Assembly: GCF_006345805.1 (NCBI RefSeq)
Contig: NC_042999.1
Coordinates: 55,118,001-55,182,000 of the forward strand
Reading direction: 5' to 3'
DNA: 64,000 nt
Source of the DNA: Octopus sinensis
Lineage: Eukaryota
Part shown: piece by piece, positions 56,428 through 64,000 of the stretch
How positions within the stretch are numbered: position 1 is the stretch's first letter
Layout: every line of letters begins with the position of its first letter
Notes under the pieces: model-generated
What the model was told of the DNA's origin: nothing
Database searches by the model: none
Seen by the model: only the letters and a program-made list of their open reading frames with translations
Position numbers and translations under genes: made by a program

Positions 56428-57749
56428 TGAATGCTTATAAAATTAGACAAAACCAAAAAAAAGTAAAAAAAAAAAAAGTAGAACAAAGGTGCTTCTAAAA
56501 TTTGTGTTCGGTAAGGCTACGATCTGGTAAAATCGTTGCTATGCGGGGAAAATTGCATAGCGGCACTTTTTCTGACGTTACGTTTTGAGTTCAAATACCG
56601 CTGAGGTCAAATTTGCTTATCATCCTTTCGGGGCTTGATAAGTACCAACTGAATACGGGGACGATGTAATCGACCTACCCTCTTTCTCCACTGACCTTAC
56701 GCCTAAATTTGATGCCAACGTTTGTGTTCAGTCAGTTTCCACTGAACAGAGCTCTTTTATTCTTTTACTTGTTTCAGTCATTTGACTGTGGCCATGCTAG
56801 AGCACCGGGAATTATCCTTTGTAAGCCTAGTACTTATTTTATTGGTCTCTTTTGCCGAACCGCTAAGTTACGGGTACGTAAATACACCATCGGTTATCAA
56901 GCGATGTTGGGGTGGGGGACAAACACAGACACACAAGCACACACACACACATACGACGAGTTTCTTTCAGTTTCCGTCTACCAAATCCGCTCACAAGTCT
57001 TTGGTCGGCCCGAGGCTATAGTAGAAGACACTTACCCAAGGTGCCACGCAGTGAGACTGAACCCGGGACCATGTGGTTGGTAAGCAAGCTACTTACTACA
57101 CAGCCTGTGTGTTATTTATTATCAAAGGATGTTCTAACGGCAAACATCCTCTCGTTTCTTCCAGGTACAATATACAAACACATTATCTAATGTTATTGTA
57201 GGGATTTGGCTGCTATATCTAGCAGGTTCCTTTGCCTCTCATTTCACTTCACTCTCAATTATAAGGCGATGCTATTCTTACATCTTTCCACCCGCCCACC
57301 GCAGACACAGCGACCAAAGAGACTGCCGGGACGACAACAATAGAAGTGGGAGGTGATTGTTGTAGTGGTGGTGGGAGGAATGGCGGTAGTTGTGGTGAAG
57401 GTGAAGAGGGTGAGGAGTGAGGGAAAACTATGTTAGGGTGGTGGGATGGATGGTGGTGTAAGATGACGACGGGAATATAGAAATCAAGGGAAGACGAAGA
57501 AGAAATAATGGAGATGATGACGAGGATGATGATGATGATGACAGTGTTAGCAGCGGTGATAGTGGTGGATATAGTAGAGAGAAAGAGGGAGTGGGTAGGT
57601 AATGATGGTGGGGGGTTGGAGGGTAGGTTGGGGTGGAAGAGGAAGAAACAAATTGTTGACGTTGTTAAAATGTTTGACGCGGCAAACCATTCGTTAAATA
57701 AGTCCAGCAACAACAACAAAGATAACAAGACTAACGCAAACACGCATAA

Positions 57750-57776
57750 TATATATGTGTGTATATATATATATAT

Positions 57777-57810
<34 letters not shown>

Positions 57811-57829
57811 ATACATATATATATATATG

Positions 57830-57873
<44 letters not shown>

Positions 57874-58501
57874 TTATATATATGTATGTATATATGTATG
57901 TATATATATATGTATATATGTATATGTATGTATGTATGTATGTATATATATATATGTATTTTAATATATATTTATATATATGTATGTATGTATATATTGT
58001 ATGTATATATTATATGTATGTATACATGTATATATATATTTATATATCTATCTATCTCTCTCTCTCTATATATATATATGTATGTATGTATGTATGTATA
58101 TATATGTATACTTATATATATATATATATATATATATGCAAGGTCACAGATATACACAACTAGAACAGTAAAAAAAAAGAACAAAACACTGCAACATTCC
58201 AGAAACTTCCAGTTCTCCCCCCCCCCAACATAATAAACAAAACATAAAAGACCCTGACAAATATGTGTGAGTGTGTGTGTGTGTGTATATACGTCTATAT
58301 ATATATATATATATATGTATGTATGCAAGTTTGTGTGTGCGTGTGTGAGAATGTATGTGTGTGTGTATATGTATGTATATATGAGTGTGTGCATCTGTAT
58401 GTGTGTAAATGTAAGTACGTGTGTGAATGTGTGTGCGTTGCGTGCGTATATGTATGCGGCTTTGTGTATGGTGTAAGTGGTGTGTGTGTATATATATATA
58501 A

Positions 58502-58547
<46 letters not shown>

Positions 58548-58920
58548 GAATGTGTATGCATAGGTGTATCTGCATATACAAACGGTACGAATGTATGAAT
58601 GTATGTCTGTGTGTATGTATGTATATGTGTATGTATGTATGTCTATGTGTATGTATGTGTGTATGTATGTATGTAGGTATGTATATGTTTACGTATGTAT
58701 ATGTGTATGTATGTATGTCTGTCTGTCTGTGTGTATGTGTGTATGTGTATGTATGTATATGTGTATATATGTATGTCTGTGTGTGTGTATGTATGTATAT
58801 GTGTATGTATGTATGTATGTATGTATGTCTGTCTGTATGTATGTATGTATGTGTGTATGTATGTGTATGTATGCATGTCTGTGTGTATGTATGTATATGT
58901 GTATGTATGTATGTGTGTAT
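57750..58920. repeat. About 1.2-kb compound (TA)/(TG)/(TATG) low-complexity region
   Basis: Direct reading. Confidence 0.97.
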
Positions 58921-59093
58921 CTCTGTTTTCTTATTGTATAAATGTTCTCGAGTGTGCGCATTCACGTGAAAGCGTGTATATATTTGTACGGTGTTTATAT
59001 GGATCCGTATACGCGTGGCTGTGTGAGTGTATGTATAATTAAACGTTTGTTATTTTGTATGTGTGTGTGTGTGACTGAACATCTGCGCGTGAG

Positions 59094-59124
<31 letters not shown>

Positions 59125-59479
59125 CCATCATCATCATCGTCATCACCATCACCTGTAGCGTCAGCATCAGCATCGCCTCAACGTCCATTTTTAGAAATTG
59201 TCGAGGCTGATTTTTTTATGGCTGGACGCTCTTTCCATCACCAACTCTCATCTCTTTCCAAACAAAGGAATGTTACTTTGTGGCCAGGCATTATTATTAT
59301 TATTATTATTTCTTTTAACAGGAGACCAAGGATGAACAACATCGCTTGTATGATAGTGATGCTCGTTTACAACCATCACGCGATGTCAAGGCATGTGCGC
59401 ATTCAGTCACCTATCTATCTACCTACCTACCTACTTATGTGCACGTGAATTTATATATATAATATATATTATATATATA

Positions 59480-59543
<64 letters not shown>

Positions 59544-59697
59544 TGCTCTCCTTGTTTTTTTCTGTGTCCCTTTGTGTAGAAGAGCGTAGGCTCGAAACGT
59601 AAAAGACTTTTTCTATTCCTGAGCGTTATACTAATACATCTGTTTGTTTTGTATACTACCTGTCTTCGTCTTTTGTTTTTTTCGTAAACTCTCCCTA

Positions 59698-59741
<44 letters not shown>

Positions 59742-59764
59742 CACGCACACATACATACATGTCA

Positions 59765-60150
59765 GCTCTCACTATCAGTATGTGAACTAAGGTAACACCT
59801 ATTATTTTTCGAGTACCTTCCGGAGTACTCGAGCGGTTCCAAGCAGTGCTGCTTTCTGCAAATGCTCCACCCTTATTGCAGCCCCTATCTGTTCCACGTA
59901 CTTCTCGAGAATTTTGCTCGCTGTTCCCACAGCTCCGACAGTTTTTGGTATTACTGCTACCTTTTTCATCGACCACAACTGCTTAACTTCCCAAGCTAAC
60001 CTGTCATATCTCTCGACTTTTCTGTCTTCCTCATCGCATACCTTGTTGTCAGCTGGGCATGCTATATCTATGATCCAGCATAGTTTGCTTTCTTTCTCTC
60101 TCAATTAAGACTATGTCTGGCTTCCTATTCTCTATCTCATGGTCGCACTT
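59765..60150 (-). mobile_element. Second R4/Dong-like RLE fragment abutting a (TAA)n tract
   Basis: DHEIENRKPDIVLI / CWIIDIACPAD...KVERYDRLAWEVKQLW...VGAVG...LQKAALLGTARVLRKVL. Confidence 0.85.
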
Positions 60151-60173
60151 ATCATTATCATTATTATTATTAA

Positions 60174-60242
<69 letters not shown>

Positions 60243-60243
60243 C
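60150..60243. repeat. (ATT)n microsatellite
   Basis: Direct reading. Confidence 0.98.
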
Positions 60244-60952
60244 ATTTTTAGTAAAGTGGTTTAATGTTAAGTAGATTGTTTGCGAGATCTTAAGCAAGAA
60301 TCGAATGCCTAATGCGTTTGCTGACTAATTAAATAAAAGGTTATCCACCTACTGGTAAGGAATTTACTTGTCGGTAAACATATAACTACCGGCTTTCGAT
60401 GAAGAATAAACAACAGCAAAACACAGCGCACAAGTCTTTTCTGTTAAGTCAATGTTTAGTACAAGGAAGATGACGTCACTGTACAAGCCCAGTGTGTCAT
60501 TAGATTTGCTGATGTCCTTGTTGGCCACCTCGTCCAAGTCATGGCTGTGTCGTTTGCAATCACGAGATTACCGGTTCAGTCCCACTGCGGGGCACCTTGA
60601 GCAAGTGTTTTCTACTATACTCCGGGTCGAGCAATTTCTTGTGAGTGAATTTGGTAGACGGAAACTGTGAGGAAACCTGAAATATATACATGTGTGCGTG
60701 CGCACGCGCGCGTTTGTCTTCCACCGCTTGACAACCGGTATTGGTTTGTTTATGCCCCCGTAATTTAACGGCTCCGCAAAAGAGACCGATAAAATAAGCA
60801 CCAGATTTAAAAACTTGCACTGGGGTCGTTTTGTTCGACTAAATTCTTGAAGTCGGTGCCCCAGCATGGCCGTAGTCCAATGACTGGAACAAGTAAAAGA
60901 TAAAAGATATTTATCTATCTACCACACATGCTTAAAGAAACTTGTACACACG

Positions 60953-61349
60953 GGCGCAGGAGTGGCTGTGTGGTAAGTAGCTTGCTTCGCAACCACATGG
61001 TTCCGGGTTCAGTCCTATTGCATGACACTTTGGGCAAGTGTCTTCTACTATAGCCTCGAGGCGACCAAAGACTTGTGAGTAGATTTGGTAGACGGAAACT
61101 GAAAGAAGCCCGTCGTATATATATATATATGTGTGTGTGTGCGTATGTCTGGGTGTCTGTGTTTGTCCTCCCACCATCGCTTGACAACCGATGTTGGTGT
61201 GTTTACATATCCGTAACTTAGCGGTTCGGCAAAAGACACCGATAGAATAAAGACTAGGCTTACAAAGAATAAGTCCTGGGGTCGATTACTTTGACGAAAA
61301 GGCGATGCTCCAGCATGGCCGCAGCCAAATGACTGAGACAAGTAAAAGA
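60953..61349 (+). mobile_element. SINE family A, full length (older adjacent copy at about 60538-60907)
   Basis: Same head, body and tail as the other copies. Confidence 0.9.
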
Positions 61350-62567
61350 ACGAAGGAACATATTGTCAACACCATCATCTGCTTTCCATGCTGGCATGGG
61401 TTGGACGATTCGACACGCTCTAGTGAGCCAGAGGTCTGCATCAAGCTCGTCCGTTCTGATATGGTTTCTATGGCTGGATGCTTTAACTAATGCCAACCAC
61501 TTTATAGAATGGATTGCGTACTTTTTGTGTGGCACCGACACTAGTGAAGTTGCCAAGTACTTTGCAAGTCAAAGAAAGAGAAGATAGACGTCCCTCAACT
61601 GATTGGGGTTGTGGTGGAAAGGGAGATGTTGAGAGGTTAAAGTATGAGAGAGAGAGAGAGGGGGGGGCAAGGGTGCTTTGCTATAGATGAAATACATGGT
61701 TACCCTGCATTATATACGGGTGGATGAGAGTAGCTGGGAAGGCGGCAAAGTTGGTGGAGACCAAGATGTCAGAGTATGTAGTCAAGATAGGAGATGGTGA
61801 GTATAAGGGAAAATATGGAGATAGAATGAGGAAGGGTGGGAGGATGGGTTTATTAGAGAGAGTAAGAGGAAAGTGGGAGAGGGGAGAAGGAGGGGGTAGG
61901 GGTGATTGTAGTTGAATGAAAACAAGAGCCGAAGGTGTTGTTGAGGGTAAATATCCGAATGCAAAGTGGCGAAGATGAAAGAAATAGAAGTTGAAGAAAG
62001 AGGAGGTGATAAATGGGAGTAGAGGGAAGGGAGGGAGGTGAACAGCAGAATAAATAAACCTGTAAATAGACCAAAAGACAGGGAGATGATGTGGGGGTGG
62101 GAGTGGAAGAGAGAGATGTGTGCGTGCACGGCTGTGTAGTTAAGAAGTTCGCTTCCACTGTGGTTTGAGTTTCACCCCCACCCCGCTTGATACATTGAGC
62201 AAGTATCTTGGTCGACCAAGGTATTTTTTACGAATGGATTTGGTCGACGGAAATTGTATATGCATGAGTGTGTTTATGTCGCTTTGTCGTGACGTTGCGC
62301 GTTAATAGTAAACAAATGTCACCGTCATACATACGGTGTCGTTCGTTTGTGATCTTGAGGGAAAATCCTGCCCAGCTATTCTGCTATTCGTGTTCGAAGG
62401 ACCAGAGGAATATTTATCTTATTTGGAAACAGGTGAGGGTTGACGTAGAAAATCTGCCTCAACGAATTTCGTCTAATCCATGCAAGCATGGGAAAGAGGA
62501 CGTTAAAATGATGAAGTGAATGAAGATAGGATGATGATGAATGTACGAATATGTAAGTTTGACTTAC

Positions 62568-62768
62568 CTAGACCATAGATTATGTCAGATGATGATACGT
62601 GCTTCTGCCAAATTTTAGTATTAAGGAATTGGTGTATACTGGCACCGATTGCCATTTGGTGTCCGGTAACGAACATTACTCCGACCGCATCGATGAGATC
62701 TTGGATGTTCTGTGGCATTGTATCTGCTAAACAGCCCAGTCGCGAACCGAAGAGAACATAACCGACAG
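62568..62768 (-). CDS. Mito-clan CYP exon (201 nt, phase 1 to 1)
   Basis: cattcag / GTAAGT. Translates (S)VGYVLFGSRLGCLADTMPQNIQDLIDAVGVMFVTGHQMAIGASIHQFLNTKIWQKHVSSSDIIYGL. The ESxxxVLFxxRLGCL motif is typical of mitochondrial CYPs. Confidence 0.95.
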
Positions 62769-62883
62769 CTGAATGATAAAGAATCAGAAACCAGTTTTAA
62801 AAAGCTTGAAAATTCGGAATTGGATTGAGAAAATCAGTATTTTAAGTCGAGTTAAATATAAAATTCAGATTTGAACTACTTAC

Positions 62884-63074
62884 ATTCTGTGGCCCATTTG
62901 TAAAGTTCGTTTTGTAACAAGTCGACTGTATTGTCTTCTTTTCGGATTTTACGTATTCTTGTTAACAAATCTAACGCTACGCTATTTAACTGGTCTGTAT
63001 AACATGTGACTGCTTGAGGCCGCATCAATCGTGGGGCGATAGCACTGCGGTATTTGTACCACTTGTGATCTGCT
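62884..63074 (-). CDS. Mitochondrial-clan cytochrome P450, first exon inside the window (equivalent to vertebrate mito-CYP exon 3); upstream exons lie beyond 64000
   Basis: ttttgacag acceptor, GTAAGT donor, 191 nt, phase 2 to 1. Translates ADHKWYKYRSAIAPRLMRPQAVTCYTDQLNSVALDLLTRIRKIRKEDNTVDLLQNELYKWATE, with C-helix WxxxR (WYKYR) and the ELYKWA motif. Not in the ORF track. Confidence 0.95.
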
Positions 63075-63356
63075 CTGTCAAAACAAATATATATACTTGA
63101 GATATTGAAGAAGTGTTTCGAAGATAGAATTCTGTTGTAGAATTCCTTTAACGGAAACGGAAGTGTTTTCAGAGTTTAAACTTAATACAAAAAAATGAAT
63201 CTTTCTCACTCTCAATACATGCTGTTAAACATGAACGGAAGTTAACAAACCAAACAACAATTATAATCTAAAATGTAAGAGGGGCAGGCGTGGCTGTGTG
63301 GTCAGTGAAGTTTACTTCCCAGCCAGGTGGTCCAGGATTTATTGGAACAGGTAATT

Positions 63357-63529
63357 TATTCTTTTACTTCTTTCAGTCATTTGATTGCGGCCATGCTGGA
63401 GCATAGCCTTATTCTTCGTAAAATAGTACTTGTTCTATCGGTCGTCTTTACCGAACCGCTAAGTTACAGGGACGTAAACACACCAACATCGATTGTCAAA
63501 CGATGGCGGGGGGAGAAACACAAACACAC

Positions 63530-63611
<82 letters not shown>

Positions 63612-63834
63612 ATCTATCTATATCTATCTATCTATCTATCTATCTATATATGTATCAAATGAAATAAAATGAAAAACAGGACAGATATAGATAGATAGAT
63701 AGTTTCCGTCTACCAAATCCACTCACAAGGCTTTGGTCAGCCCGGGGCTATAGTAGAAGACACTTGCCCAAGGTGCCACGCAGTGGAGTCATGTGGTTGG
63801 GAAGCGAGCTTCTTACCACACAGCCACTCCTGCG
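63357..63834 (-). mobile_element. SINE family A with expanded internal (TCTA)n
   Basis: Both SINE halves flank 63530-63700. Other reverse copies at about 2464-2832, 36440-36681 plus 37935-38015, 49745-50126, 53803-54070 and 56752-57105. Forward copies at about 40168-40466 and 41315-41638. Confidence 0.88.
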
Positions 63835-64000
63835 TTTTGTTTTTTTGTTTCATTTTCTTTCCTTGTAATCCTCCTCATCACTGAACGCCCATCTCCTATA
63901 GTCAGGACAGATTGACGGGATCCTACGGGTGCGAAGATTTGCATTGTGCTCCGATGTTTGTTTGGGCAACATTTCTATGGCCGTGTGCCCCCCTTCCTAA

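Noticed and set aside
57255-57743. 162-aa Pro/Ser/His-rich minus-strand ORF (similar ones at 33568-34226 and 61724-62158)
   Set aside because: Purine/pyrimidine-skewed low-complexity intronic sequence with no domain or splice support.
63102-63128. DIEEVFRR peptide resembling a mito-CYP exon-2 motif
   Set aside because: It is on the opposite strand to the CYP, followed immediately by a stop, with no splice sites. Judged coincidental.

Overview
Eukaryotic, AT-rich genomic DNA saturated with microsatellites and SINEs. The repeat families look like those of Octopus (coleoid cephalopod); this is my recognition and was not checked by a database search. Almost all entries in the ORF track are microsatellite or SINE artefacts. 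The one clear gene is a minus-strand mitochondrial-clan cytochrome P450. Eight exons (63074 to 32405) splice by GT-AG into 371 in-frame codons carrying every P450 signature, and its 5' exons lie beyond the window end. The rest is transposon debris: at least 3 abundant SINE families, a full-length defective mariner nested in a SINE, an internally deleted THAP-encoding ISL2EU/Harbinger-type element, pogo/Tigger MITEs, a decayed Penelope element (RT plus GIY-YIG), and 3' fragments of CR1, RTE, Hero and R4/Dong LINEs. The most notable unexplained signal is a set of hammerhead-ribozyme motifs in short AT-rich modules embedded in (TA)n tracts. One is essentially complete (28631-28671, minus), one family shares a non-canonical CUGUNGA core, and another has a permuted type II-like order. 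A visibly CpG-poor domain at about 21-33 kb hints at an unrecognised methylated transcription unit.
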